Source: a virus. From it: DNA of 64,000 nt. The stretch lies in the IMG/VR virus record IMGVR_UViG_3300027131_000001. One strand, 5' to 3'. Positions 47,203-57,337 of the stretch are shown in pieces. A program made the translations under genes and the position numbers. Numbering within the stretch: the first letter of the stretch is position 1; each line of letters begins with the position of its first letter. The notes under the pieces were generated by a model. The model ran no database searches and was not told the origin of the DNA. It saw only the letters and a program-made list of their open reading frames with translations.

Positions 47203-48767
47203 GGCGTGACTTTCTTATATTTATTGGTAAGTTTTTTAGTTCCTTCGAACCCGGCTCCAATACCCTCTGCAGCATCAACAAAGTTTTGTTTAGTAGGAGC
47301 ACCTTCTGATCCAGGTTTTCTCATACGCTCACCAGAACCAGACTTGATTCTTTTACGTTTGGCATGAATGTTATCCCAAAGACCATCTCCTTCAGTTGTC
47401 AAGTACGAATTGACACGCTGCATCGCAAACTGATGAGGAGTTGTTTTATTGTTTTGTACATAATCAGCAAGTCCCTGCTCAAACACATCAGTCACTTCCT
47501 CAAGAGAAGCACCATACTTATCCGCCTTCTTCTGAAGATGCTGTTCAGCTTTTTCTTGCAAATAAGATTCGTAGTCCCATTCCTTGTGATTGACTAACCC
47601 CATTTGTTGACGAGCAGCTTTTGCTGCTGCAGCTTGTTTATTCAATCTATTACTTGATACTGCTGGACTAGTAGATGTGGTAGTGTTTGCCTGAGCAACA
47701 GTAGTATTAGAGGTAGGAGTAGGAGTAGGAGTAGTACTTGATTGTGTAACAGGAGCACTTGCCCGATTACTTTGTGTTTGTTGTGAATTTGATCTTATAA
47801 AATTAGACAACGAGCCAGTTGGTTTATTGCTAACCATCTTAGCTTGCATTTGTTTAGTAGTTAGCTGAGCTTGCTTTGTCTTTTGTTTTGATTGGATTAG
47901 TGCTTGTTGCGCTAGCTTTTGCTGACTAGTCTTCATCTTATCAGCGTGCTTATCATCCTTATCTTTTTTATCTTTTTCTGGATCGTATTTACCAAAATTA
48001 GAAAGTTTATTAATTCCATATGCAGCTAATGCTCCTGTTGCTGCTGCAAGAGATTTATCTGATTGTACGGCTAGAGCAGTAGTACCTGCTGCTTTGGCAA
48101 CGTTTGCAACTCCTCTGATTGGAGCTGTTACAGCAGATAAGAATCTTCCTTCATACATTGAAAATATTAAATTTAAATCTTCTACTGTAACCATTTCACC
48201 AAGTAACTTACTGTAAAATACTGGTTGATTACTTTGTGTTAGGTTTTGAACATTACCGTAAACACCTTTGGTAGATTTGTGACCTCTGACAGCATTAAGT
48301 CTCTTCATCTCACCAGCTCTAATTCTTGGCATTAATCTTGTTGCCATTGCTTTGAGATTCTTTGTTCTAGGCTCGACCTGTCTATCAATATTTATTTTTT
48401 GGCCAGGAGATAGATTGCTATAATTAGCACCTCTTGCGCCTGCAGCTCTCTTTCTCAACATAGTCTTTGCCATCCGCATAGCACGACGCATTAACTGTTC
48501 TCTTGTTGCTAGTCTGTTTCTTTTAATGTTACGAGCGCGAACAATTCTTGGCTTACTGCGCTTCATTTGCAAAGCTCTTTTACGTCTTTGCATTATGTTA
48601 ACTACACGCTCAATAAGAGTCTGTTCGGATTGAAGTTCTGATTTGACTATGACTGGCGGAGCAATTACTATCTTGTCTAATGGATTACCAGTAGCAATAG
48701 CAAGTCCCTTTTTCGCGCGGGCGGCGATTATAGCAGGAGTTAATGTTTGTTCTTCTTCTTTTTTCAT
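47196..48767 (-). CDS. Arg/Lys-rich putative capsid-internal protein
   Basis: Very basic N-terminal domain; QFAMQRVNSY and GLWDNIHAKRKRIK modules; TATAAATA late promoter at 48815-48822. Confidence 0.65.
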   Translation of the reverse strand: MKKEEEQTLTPAIIAARAKKGLAIATGNPLDKIVIAPPVIVKSELQSEQTLIERVVNIMQRRKRALQMKRSKPRIVRARNIKRNRLATREQLMRRAMRMAKTMLRKRAAGARGANYSNLSPGQKINIDRQVEPRTKNLKAMATRLMPRIRAGEMKRLNAVRGHKSTKGVYGNVQNLTQSNQPVFYSKLLGEMVTVEDLNLIFSMYEGRFLSAVTAPIRGVANVAKAAGTTALAVQSDKSLAAATGALAAYGINKLSNFGKYDPEKDKKDKDDKHADKMKTSQQKLAQQALIQSKQKTKQAQLTTKQMQAKMVSNKPTGSLSNFIRSNSQQTQSNRASAPVTQSSTTPTPTPTSNTTVAQANTTTSTSPAVSSNRLNKQAAAAKAARQQMGLVNHKEWDYESYLQEKAEQHLQKKADKYGASLEEVTDVFEQGLADYVQNNKTTPHQFAMQRVNSYLTTEGDGLWDNIHAKRKRIKSGSGERMRKPGSEGAPTKQNFVDAAEGIGAGFEGTKKLTNKYKKVTPC

Positions 48768-48824
48768 GTGTTTCCGCAGGTTTACCTAGGCCGTTTGACT
48801 GCTAGAGGATGATGTATTTATAAG

Positions 48825-49478
48825 TTATTCAACTGCAAATATTTTATCAGATCCTACTGACAATTTGAGTTCGTATCCAAATTGATTAAGCAGCATTTCT
48901 GTCTCACCATTTGATGTTTCTAGTGATATAACTGGTTTAAATCTTTCTATTGTATCCATTGCTCCGAGAATAATATTAGGCTCATATCCTTCACAATCAA
49001 GCTGAATAAGATCACAATGATCTAGTGCTAGTTGGTCAATAGTAAAAGTTGGAATAAATGACTGCTTAGCAGTATATCTGTCAGGATCATCACCAACAGT
49101 ATGGCAACCAACGTTGCTTTCATTACCATTATATACATGCAACAGCTTATTTGTTTCACCGAGTGCTGCATTGAATTTGAAGATATTCGGCATCTGACAA
49201 TTGTTAACAAGGCAATGAAAGTTCAACGGATCTGGCTCGAACGTATACACTCTTGAAAAGTACTGTGAAAATAACATTGGATACAATCCACAATTACCTC
49301 CAGCCTGAACAACAACATCAAACTTTTTACAGAATTTAAGGTATCCATCCTTATGAGAATTCACCCACTCTGCACTAGGGCAGTCCCATGCACCTGTATC
49401 TGTCTTTGGCCACATCCAGTGTGAAACCCCGTCGATACTTTCCTCTCTCACTCTCACCTTATCATCAAATATCTTCAT
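48825..49478 (-). CDS. FkbM-family methyltransferase
   Basis: VVQAGGNCG, YTFEPD and IQLDCEGYE. Confidence 0.85.
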   Translation of the reverse strand: MKIFDDKVRVREESIDGVSHWMWPKTDTGAWDCPSAEWVNSHKDGYLKFCKKFDVVVQAGGNCGLYPMLFSQYFSRVYTFEPDPLNFHCLVNNCQMPNIFKFNAALGETNKLLHVYNGNESNVGCHTVGDDPDRYTAKQSFIPTFTIDQLALDHCDLIQLDCEGYEPNIILGAMDTIERFKPVISLETSNGETEMLLNQFGYELKLSVGSDKIFAVE

Positions 49479-49479
49479 A

Positions 49480-50091
49480 TCAATCCTTTACATTCATCCC
49501 TTTACGGACATCATTGTATAATTGTTTTGCGTGAATCTCTTTTGTACCACCTGGAAGTCCTTCTTTGAACTTACCGTAGTTGCCAGTAGACGCATGCTCT
49601 CTCATTTTAGAAGCAGACATTCCCTCAACTCCTTCTGCATCCGGATCTCTTGCACCAGCAGACACAACAGAGATCTTTTTATAGTTGAAATGACCGTGAG
49701 CACCTTCTTGACCATTATATTGGTTCAACTTTTCTTTGTATTCTTTGACTCTATCAGATCCAGCAACCATCACAAGATGTTGTGTCCCACTCTTATGTAG
49801 CTCAGAGGCTTGATGTAGAAATGTTGGATGCTCTTTACTTGAAGATTTAACTGTTGTACCAGGAAACAAGTTCCTTGCATGAGTTACTTTTGCTTCTGGA
49901 CTCAACGGATTCTTCTTGGCATCTTGGCTATGGCTGAGAACAACAACATGATCTCCGTTATGCTTATCAGCAACTTCCTTAACCTTGTTTATTAGCTTCT
50001 CATGGCCAGCAGTAGGTGGATTCATTCTTCCAAATGCCATTACAGTTGTCTTTAGTTTTTCTTCTGCGAGAAATTTATTGAATGATAACAT
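49480..50091 (-). CDS. HxGH-superfamily (cytidylyl/adenylyl) nucleotidyltransferase
   Basis: FGRMNPPTAGH, KNPL, VAGSDR and SASKMR. Confidence 0.8.
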   Translation of the reverse strand: MLSFNKFLAEEKLKTTVMAFGRMNPPTAGHEKLINKVKEVADKHNGDHVVVLSHSQDAKKNPLSPEAKVTHARNLFPGTTVKSSSKEHPTFLHQASELHKSGTQHLVMVAGSDRVKEYKEKLNQYNGQEGAHGHFNYKKISVVSAGARDPDAEGVEGMSASKMREHASTGNYGKFKEGLPGGTKEIHAKQLYNDVRKGMNVKD

Positions 50092-50094
50092 TTA

Positions 50095-51255
50095 TTACCT
50101 TAAAAAGTTTTGTCTACTGAACTCTGCTCTATCAACAATCTTAGTTGGTCTATTATTTAAGACAGCAACGAATCCTTCTCCTTTTGTTGGAGTACCTTTG
50201 ATAGATGTCTCAAACCTTTGAGCAGGTGAAAGAGCTTCGTTATGAACATTCTTTGCAGCTTGCAAGTGGTGATGTACTTGAAGAACCTTATCAATAGAAT
50301 CTGAGCTAGCTCTTATATGCCCTAGTTGAGTATTCATTGCATTGGTCTTTGCCTCAATAGTCTTTGGCATCTTAACTTTTTTAATCTCTTTCTCATGTGC
50401 TTCTTTGACGTGAGAATAAAAGTCATGAGCATTGGGGGTAGTACCTTCTCTTACTGTTCTATTGATATAAGTCTTCAGATGTTCTGTATGAGGTTCAACT
50501 TTTTTATATTCAGCTGGCTTTATTGTTCTTGCAACCCTGTCAGCCTCTGCCATATGTTCTTTGAAATCAGCTTGTTTTGTTGTTGGGTAATCAACCTTAC
50601 TCATATCAACACCAACATCAATAGCATGAACATCGGGATGTTTTTTGAACTTGGATAAGTCAGGTGTGTAGTTCGCCTTCATCGATGTAATATCTTTACC
50701 ATCGTAACCAGTATGAACGGCAACACCAAGACTAGAGCCAGCAAGCTTTTTGCCCTCATCAGAATGTTGATGAGCAGTGTACGTAATTGTATTTGGTTTA
50801 AAGTTTAACTTATTACCAGCCTTCTCTACACCACTAGCGTCATGCATCAAGTCACCCTGGAATACACCTGTCTTAGGCGTAATCTTAGGAAGATGATCTA
50901 ATGCTTTCTTGAGTTTAGTCGCTAAACCAGGTGCATGACCATGATTGTTATCAATGTCTTCATGCGTATAGTTGATCTTTGGTTCTTTATTGAATGCAGA
51001 CTTAGTTGATACAAAGAACTGGCCAGTTGCTGGATGATGACCAAAAACAATACTAGGACTTCCGTCATACTTCTCTGTAATAGAAGCACCTCCCTTTTGA
51101 CCTGTCAGGGTTTTGTGAACAGCGTTCAACGTATTGGTTGCATGCTTATACCCAGCAGATCCAGCATTGACGATATGGTCTTCTGCATGCTCAAGATGAG
51201 TCAGCTTTTCTTCATTAGCAGCAGACTCACGTAGTAATGTAAAGATATGACGCAT
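50095..51255 (-). CDS. DUF6267-like protein with ligase-type nucleotidyltransferase motifs
   Basis: HLEHAED, TEKYDG, FQGDLM, EGFV and KIVDRAEFS. Confidence 0.65.
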   Translation of the reverse strand: MRHIFTLLRESAANEEKLTHLEHAEDHIVNAGSAGYKHATNTLNAVHKTLTGQKGGASITEKYDGSPSIVFGHHPATGQFFVSTKSAFNKEPKINYTHEDIDNNHGHAPGLATKLKKALDHLPKITPKTGVFQGDLMHDASGVEKAGNKLNFKPNTITYTAHQHSDEGKKLAGSSLGVAVHTGYDGKDITSMKANYTPDLSKFKKHPDVHAIDVGVDMSKVDYPTTKQADFKEHMAEADRVARTIKPAEYKKVEPHTEHLKTYINRTVREGTTPNAHDFYSHVKEAHEKEIKKVKMPKTIEAKTNAMNTQLGHIRASSDSIDKVLQVHHHLQAAKNVHNEALSPAQRFETSIKGTPTKGEGFVAVLNNRPTKIVDRAEFSRQNFLR

Positions 51256-52238
51256 TATTGTTTTGCCTTAACTGTTCCAAATTTAAAGTTTACTTGTGGA
51301 CTTGAAAAGGCACCATGAGTGGTTCTGTGTTCAGCAGTAGCAATATGTTCACCCTTTTCATTATGAAAGTGTACGCTACCATTCTTTGCGGTTGCAGTAA
51401 TGGATTTTGATTTATTAATTGCAACAACAGCTGGATGGTTTTCAATAGGAGTAGACTTGCCACCTTTCTCACCTACAACATAATGATATGGTAGGTCGGG
51501 ATTAGCTTTTAAGAAATGTTTAATATGAGTTTGTTTTTCTTGATGTGAAGCATTATTAAATGCCTCTACATGATTTTTTGCAGATGCATACTGAGCAGTG
51601 CGGTTGTGACCAATAATCGTTTCGTCTTTTCTTACTGCTTTAATATCTTTAGTAGTTTTACCTACTAAACCGGCTTTCTTTTTACCTTTTGCCCACTCAG
51701 CAGTTGTTCCTGTTGACATACCGTGCTCGGCACTCTGACGTTCAAAAGAAGCAGCTGGATTGTTGGACGCTGTACCACTTGTTGCTTTGAGAGAAGCACC
51801 ATGCTCAAAGCTTTTCTTATTTTTTTTGCCCTTGATTAAAATATCATGAGGATTAGCGGCACGACTAACCTCACGACCTATATGCTGACTAATACCTTGA
51901 CTAGTGTGGTGAATTTCATGTACGTGTTCTGGACTAATACCTTCATCGGTATGTAAACTCTTCAAGTAAGCGGTGGCAGAGTCTTTTGATTTTTTGGCAA
52001 TATCAGTTTGTTTCTCGGGTGACAATTTTGATAATGCTTCTTTATGTTTGTTTTTAAGAGCTGTAATTTTAGATTGATATGTTTTGTCAGGATTACTTTT
52101 TGAAGCTGTTGCATTATGAATATGCAATGCTGTTCCAGCCTCATATGCATCGCCCATAGCAGAATTACTAGCGTTAGCGTCTGCCTCTTCGCCCAGGCTA
52201 AGGAATTGTTCTTGTACAAAGGTGGAAAAAGACTTCAT
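51255..52238 (-). CDS. putative PD-(D/E)XK nuclease-like internal protein
   Basis: MKSFSTFVQE; GDAYE...PHDILIK...GASLK; CATAAATA late promoter at 52262-52269. Confidence 0.5.
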   Translation of the reverse strand: MKSFSTFVQEQFLSLGEEADANASNSAMGDAYEAGTALHIHNATASKSNPDKTYQSKITALKNKHKEALSKLSPEKQTDIAKKSKDSATAYLKSLHTDEGISPEHVHEIHHTSQGISQHIGREVSRAANPHDILIKGKKNKKSFEHGASLKATSGTASNNPAASFERQSAEHGMSTGTTAEWAKGKKKAGLVGKTTKDIKAVRKDETIIGHNRTAQYASAKNHVEAFNNASHQEKQTHIKHFLKANPDLPYHYVVGEKGGKSTPIENHPAVVAINKSKSITATAKNGSVHFHNEKGEHIATAEHRTTHGAFSSPQVNFKFGTVKAKQ

Positions 52239-52273
52239 TGGTACTCCGATAGATTATATTATATTTATGTCAT

Positions 52274-52298
52274 AAAAAAACCCACCGAAGTGGGCTTG
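52274..52298 (-). terminator. intrinsic terminator with UUCG tetraloop
   Basis: AGCCCAC-TTCG-GTGGGTT followed by a T run. Confidence 0.88.
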
Positions 52299-52299
52299 T

Positions 52300-52878
52300 T
52301 CATAAGATCTGGTCTGCTACCCCGAGAGTCATGCATTCCTCCGCGGATAACCAAACATCTGATGGTGGAAGCAGCTTACGTTTAATTGTTCGCTCATCCA
52401 TATCTGTACTGTTCTTAATAATATCGAGCATCTTTTGCTTGACAAACCGTGTCTCACGTTCTGATGCTTTGATGTCGTGCTCCTTGCCCTCGTACGAAGT
52501 AGAAAACTGGTGACACATAATACTTGTGTTGTGTGCAAGTACCCGTCCACCTCTTTGACCTGACACAAAAATCATAAATGCTGCACTCATCAAACTTCCA
52601 AGACCAATTGTCTTAATTGGAATCTTACTAGATTTCATCATATCAATTACAGCAAATGCATCATAAAGATCTCCACCAATACTATTAATATAAAGGGTCA
52701 AATACTCTTTAGGTACTGCTCTTTTATTCTCACTTATGATCCACTGTATTACCGGTGTGGTATTAAATTGTCCAATCTCTCCAGTCAGGTAATGTATACC
52801 GTTAGTATACAAATCATATTCAACTTGGTCTTCAACATTACATATATTGTCTGATATCATAACACTCCTTATGGACAC
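52300..52878 (-). CDS. ClpP-like serine protease
   Basis: LYINSIGG, SLMSAA (Ser), IMCHQ (His) and DVWLSAEE...GVAD (Asp). Confidence 0.85.
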   Translation of the reverse strand: MSIRSVMISDNICNVEDQVEYDLYTNGIHYLTGEIGQFNTTPVIQWIISENKRAVPKEYLTLYINSIGGDLYDAFAVIDMMKSSKIPIKTIGLGSLMSAAFMIFVSGQRGGRVLAHNTSIMCHQFSTSYEGKEHDIKASERETRFVKQKMLDIIKNSTDMDERTIKRKLLPPSDVWLSAEECMTLGVADQIL

Positions 52879-53342
52879 TTAATTATTCGAACTGCTTCAC
52901 GAACAGATGTATCATCTTGATCATTATTGCGTAGATATTTAGCCTGCAGTCTATAGGCTTGTTTTTCATTTTTATACCATATGTCACAATCTACTGCAAC
53001 AAACCCACTATTTGCTTGAATGTGGTGAATAAATTCATGGACCATAACTGATTTAGCATACATATCGTTAAAGTTTAAGTCTTGTCTGTAGTATACTTTA
53101 TTAGAAGTATATACAGCATTAACAGGACAGTAGCTACTTCCGTTACATACCAGTGACTTCAGATATTCAAACGTTGCTGGGTATATTTCTGGGAACGGTA
53201 TATCTTCTCTGATCTTCATTAGCTGTTTAGCTTCATTCATTAGTGAAATCATATTAGCATCAGGAACAATTGCTCCCTGATTCTTGGTCTGACCAAAACC
53301 AATACTAGCAGTAAGAGCAAATAACACAATCAAATTTTTCAT
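52869..53342 (-). CDS. exported HExxH metallopeptidase-like protein
   Basis: Signal peptide; VHEFIHH...E-x-x-AY; own promoter TTGACC-N17-TATAAT at 53393-53365. Confidence 0.65.
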   Translation of the reverse strand: MKNLIVLFALTASIGFGQTKNQGAIVPDANMISLMNEAKQLMKIREDIPFPEIYPATFEYLKSLVCNGSSYCPVNAVYTSNKVYYRQDLNFNDMYAKSVMVHEFIHHIQANSGFVAVDCDIWYKNEKQAYRLQAKYLRNNDQDDTSVREAVRIIKCP

Positions 53343-53544
53343 AACAACTCCAATGTAGGAATCAATTATACAATAAAACCAGACCAAGGTCAACTAATCT
53401 TTATCTTTACCAATTTTTAATTCAATCATAGATTCAATAATATTTACTGGAAGATCAAACATTTTAGACAAATAGATGAAGATGTGTTTAATAGTTAATA
53501 GTACAGAAGTAACTACAAATATTACTGTAAACTGAATAACAAAA

Positions 53545-54933
53545 TTAGCTGAATGAATTAAACGCATCTTTGAACTTGCCCTTTTCTGATTTGATTCTTA
53601 ATCCAGAATCTGATTTATCGAACACTGGTCCATCATCAACAATATCTTGTTGTGCACTCTGTTCCACATCGTACAACTTCATCTTAGACTTATCAACACC
53701 AACAACAAACCTACGGTGTTTAGTTGGATCGCTGTACCTATTCTTCAATTGCTTGACCATGATCTGGTTAAGATCTTGCAACTCTTCTGAACTAATCAAC
53801 GCAATCATAAAGTCAGCAGTAGCTGGTAGACCAAATGATTCGCTCGTATCTTCTAATCCTAGATCGCTACTTGTAAACCCACTACGTGTGGTCTGTGTGG
53901 CTGTGACAATAGGTACATCAAACTCAACAGCAAGTCCTCTCAACTCCTCTGCAATTGCTTTAATGTATGTGTACGAGTTAACATTGGCACCGTACTTCAA
54001 TCTTGAAGAACTACAGATATTTAGATAGTCAATGTAGATGATTCTTGGTTTGAAGTTTCGTTTTACTTTCAACTCATTTAGCAAGTGCCTCATATGGCCG
54101 GCACCAGCTGATGCAGTTGGATATTCTTTAATTATTAGCTTGCCGGTTGTATTGCTTAGCAATCGTTCCATCTTCTTGTCATACGACTCACGAGGAAGTA
54201 GTACAAGTTCATCTAACGATACATTCAATAGGTTTGCATCAATACGTTCAGCAATTCTTTCTTCTGCCATCTCTAGAGTAATGTACAATACATCCATACC
54301 TGCAGCAAGGTTGGCTGCAGCAAAGTGACACATTGCAAGAGACTTACCAACCCCAGTACCTGCCAAGATAACATTCAGTGATTTATTTGGTAAACCACCT
54401 TTGGTTATCTGATTAAAGTAATCTAGATCAAACGGTACTCTTTCTTCTTTTCTATGGTAGTATTCATACCTCTCTGCAGCATCTTCAAAGAAGTCGTGGC
54501 CGATGTGTGAGTCAAATGAAACAGATAGAGCATCGGATAGAATCTGTGGAATAGCGCCCTTACCGAGCTTCTCCTTATCACTATCCAGAATCTGAATAGA
54601 CTTCATGATAGCGTTGTATATTGCCTTGTCCTGACAGAACTTCTCAGTCTGATCAATCAGCCAATCATGATTCTCGTTTGGCTTTTCTTCTAATTCATTA
54701 ACAAGAACTGCAATGTCGCTGTAGTAGCTTGATATTTCTTTGTTCTCATCAAGCTCAATCAATAATGCTTCCTTATTAGGAAACTTATTATACTTTTCAA
54801 CGAACGCATCTATTCCTTCATAGAGAGCTTTTATTGATCGCTCAACAAAGTACTCACTCTTTAGAAAGGGAATGGCCTTACGGCCATATCCCTCATTCGA
54901 AAGTAAATTAGATAAAATTAACTTTTCAATCAT
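53545..54933 (-). CDS. replicative helicase (T4 gp41-like)
   Basis: AGTGVGKS, ITLEMAEE, IDYLNI, ESFGLPATAD and KQLKNRY. Confidence 0.95.
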   Translation of the reverse strand: MIEKLILSNLLSNEGYGRKAIPFLKSEYFVERSIKALYEGIDAFVEKYNKFPNKEALLIELDENKEISSYYSDIAVLVNELEEKPNENHDWLIDQTEKFCQDKAIYNAIMKSIQILDSDKEKLGKGAIPQILSDALSVSFDSHIGHDFFEDAAERYEYYHRKEERVPFDLDYFNQITKGGLPNKSLNVILAGTGVGKSLAMCHFAAANLAAGMDVLYITLEMAEERIAERIDANLLNVSLDELVLLPRESYDKKMERLLSNTTGKLIIKEYPTASAGAGHMRHLLNELKVKRNFKPRIIYIDYLNICSSSRLKYGANVNSYTYIKAIAEELRGLAVEFDVPIVTATQTTRSGFTSSDLGLEDTSESFGLPATADFMIALISSEELQDLNQIMVKQLKNRYSDPTKHRRFVVGVDKSKMKLYDVEQSAQQDIVDDGPVFDKSDSGLRIKSEKGKFKDAFNSFS

Positions 54934-55118
54934 TTAATGGAACCAATGAATACGATTTATGTTTAGTTGTCTCCACAAATTCCATAGCTTCTTCTACTGT
55001 CTTAAAGTACTTCTCAGCAAATAGTCTTGCATTGGAGTCTGGATATTCAATTGCCATATCGTTACGCTTATATGTTGTAGGTTCAACTTCTGGAGTGCCA
55101 ACATATTCGAAGTAGACT

Positions 55119-56153
55119 TTATACATCACTCTCTCCCATTCCGTAACTGAATTCTTTCTTTGCACATACTTCTAACCGAGCCAATATCTCTTCTGTAAAG
55201 TAGAGCTCTGGACGAGTGTTGATCTCTTTACCAAATACCTTACGACCATCAGGTAACTCATACCGAGTAGATACCTTTTTCATTATCTCATACTTCTCAG
55301 CAAGCTCTAGTAATCCAAAGTAACGATCTAAACCTTTGTTGTAAGTAAGTAACACTGTTGCGTCTTGGTTTTCTTTGGACAGTCTTGATTTAAAAGTTTT
55401 AATCTTAATTTGGCTTCCAATGATTTCTCCGTCCCCGTCTTTCTCTTTTTTCTTGGAGAGCATAGCAATAGTGCTAGCTGCGTACTTGAGACCTGATCCA
55501 CCGCTGATTTCTTTTGTCGGAACATATGAACCTACTACCTCATAAACGTGGTTTGTGACAAGCATAGGCACCTTAACCTTTGCCAACTTCAATGTCAGAA
55601 CACGGAACGCAGCCTTGATTACTTGCGACTTTGTCATGTCTCTGACATCCTTCCCTTCTAAAGAATCTTCCATCTCCTTAGAAGTAGAAAGCAATCCCAG
55701 ACTATCAAGGACAAACATCATAGGTGGACGTTGGTCTGCTGGTTGTTTCTCATATGCTTCGATCAGTTTAAGTGCGTGTGTCTTAAACTTCTGAATAGTA
55801 TCTGGTTCTGCAATAATGACACGTGCTGTATCAATACCGCGTGACTCCATCATTCCCTTAGTGACTGCTGCCTCGGTGTCGTAGTAGACGACTGCTCCGG
55901 TTGGGTTCTTGTCAAGGAAGGCTCTAACGATACCAAGAACGAAGAAAGTCTTACCAGTAGCGGACTCTCCTGCAAAAGCAGTAATCTTGTTATCAGGTAT
56001 GCCACCATAGATGCTACCAGAGAGAAGAGCGTTGAGAATGTAGCTGCCAGTATCAATATAACCACCATACTCAGAACTAGCAGTGCCGTCAGCGGCCAAG
56101 TAAGTATCCTCATCATTTAATTCCTTTAATAAACTCTTTAAAAAACTCATCAC
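55119..56153 (-). CDS. uvsX: RecA-like recombinase UvsX
   Basis: AGESATGKT, DSLGLL, RDMTK and GGSGLKYAAS. Confidence 0.93.
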   Translation of the reverse strand: MMSFLKSLLKELNDEDTYLAADGTASSEYGGYIDTGSYILNALLSGSIYGGIPDNKITAFAGESATGKTFFVLGIVRAFLDKNPTGAVVYYDTEAAVTKGMMESRGIDTARVIIAEPDTIQKFKTHALKLIEAYEKQPADQRPPMMFVLDSLGLLSTSKEMEDSLEGKDVRDMTKSQVIKAAFRVLTLKLAKVKVPMLVTNHVYEVVGSYVPTKEISGGSGLKYAASTIAMLSKKKEKDGDGEIIGSQIKIKTFKSRLSKENQDATVLLTYNKGLDRYFGLLELAEKYEIMKKVSTRYELPDGRKVFGKEINTRPELYFTEEILARLEVCAKKEFSYGMGESDV

Positions 56154-57329
56154 ATCTCCCTTATTTGATTCTTATCAATCATGATTGTACCACCTCTGAT
56201 CTTGCCAGTCAACTCTTTCAGTAACCTGGCACGTGATTCAATCTCTTGTTGTGTTTCTTGTTCGTCTTCAACCTTCTGCTCTTCAATCTTTATCTTACTA
56301 AGTCCAATATTAGCAGCAATCAATAAAATGATTGCAAGTGGATCAAATACAATAACAATAAGAATGATTACCCAACGGACTGTCTTATCCAGAAATTGAG
56401 AGTCGACTTTGTCGTAAAATAACTCTGCAATGAACTTAAGTGGTCCAACTTCTGCTTCTACTTTTCTGACTTGTACTGCGAGTGGTGCACGATCTTCATT
56501 AAGTTTACTAATTGTTTTCTGGTAGGTTTGGATTTCCTCTTGTAGGCGAGCACGGTCTTTTTGTTGTGAGCGCCGAACCACCACTGCTTTTTCCGCACCT
56601 TTTTCTGTATCACTGCGGCCCATGATCTGGTCCACAGCCTCATCGTATTGTTTAAGTGCTTTGCGGTTCGCATCTATGTTCTCCTTTGCTACTTTAATCT
56701 TTTCATCATATATTACTAGCTGAGCTATAACATCACCCGAACTCGTTGTCTGGTCTATGTGAGCTTTTGACAAGTAACCAAACGTTCCCATCGATGTAAT
56801 GAACATCAAAGCAAGTATCGATGCAATCAAATATGTTTTAATTGAGAACGGTGCAATATCCCAATTACGATATGTCCACGATGCAGCAACTACCTTTGCC
56901 ACTTCAAGTGTTCCACCCATAATGACAACAGGCCAGAATGATGCTGCAAATATAGTTGTAAGGCCTATAACAGAGAAGTAAGCTGCGATAGCTGATAAGC
57001 CAATCGCAACCAACAAGGCAAGATAGTTAATCATTTTCTACAATTTTGTTTACCTTATCAATAAACGCTGTCATCTTCTTTGACCTATCAGGCCATAGTA
57101 TGTACTCTTTATCAGGATCTTTCTGAAGGTTTATCAATAAAGGCATAATTAGTTTATAAAGAGCTTCCATTCTATCTTTGTACTCTTTAGAAGTCAACGT
57201 CAATTGTTTTTCAGTTTGAATGACCTGTTGTTGCAATTGACGTTCCATTGACTTGAGCTCGTCCTCGCTAACAGCAGAGAATCCAAAGTCATTCTCAGTA
57301 TCATCGAGTGAAATATTAATCTTTCCCAT
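56150..57329 (-). CDS. membrane-anchored coiled-coil protein (56150-57034) and small conserved protein (57027-57329)
   Basis: ITSMGTFGYLSKAH...EVGPLK...VFDPLA; DFGFSAV...YILWPDR. Confidence 0.7.
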
Positions 57330-57337
57330 CTCTTTTC

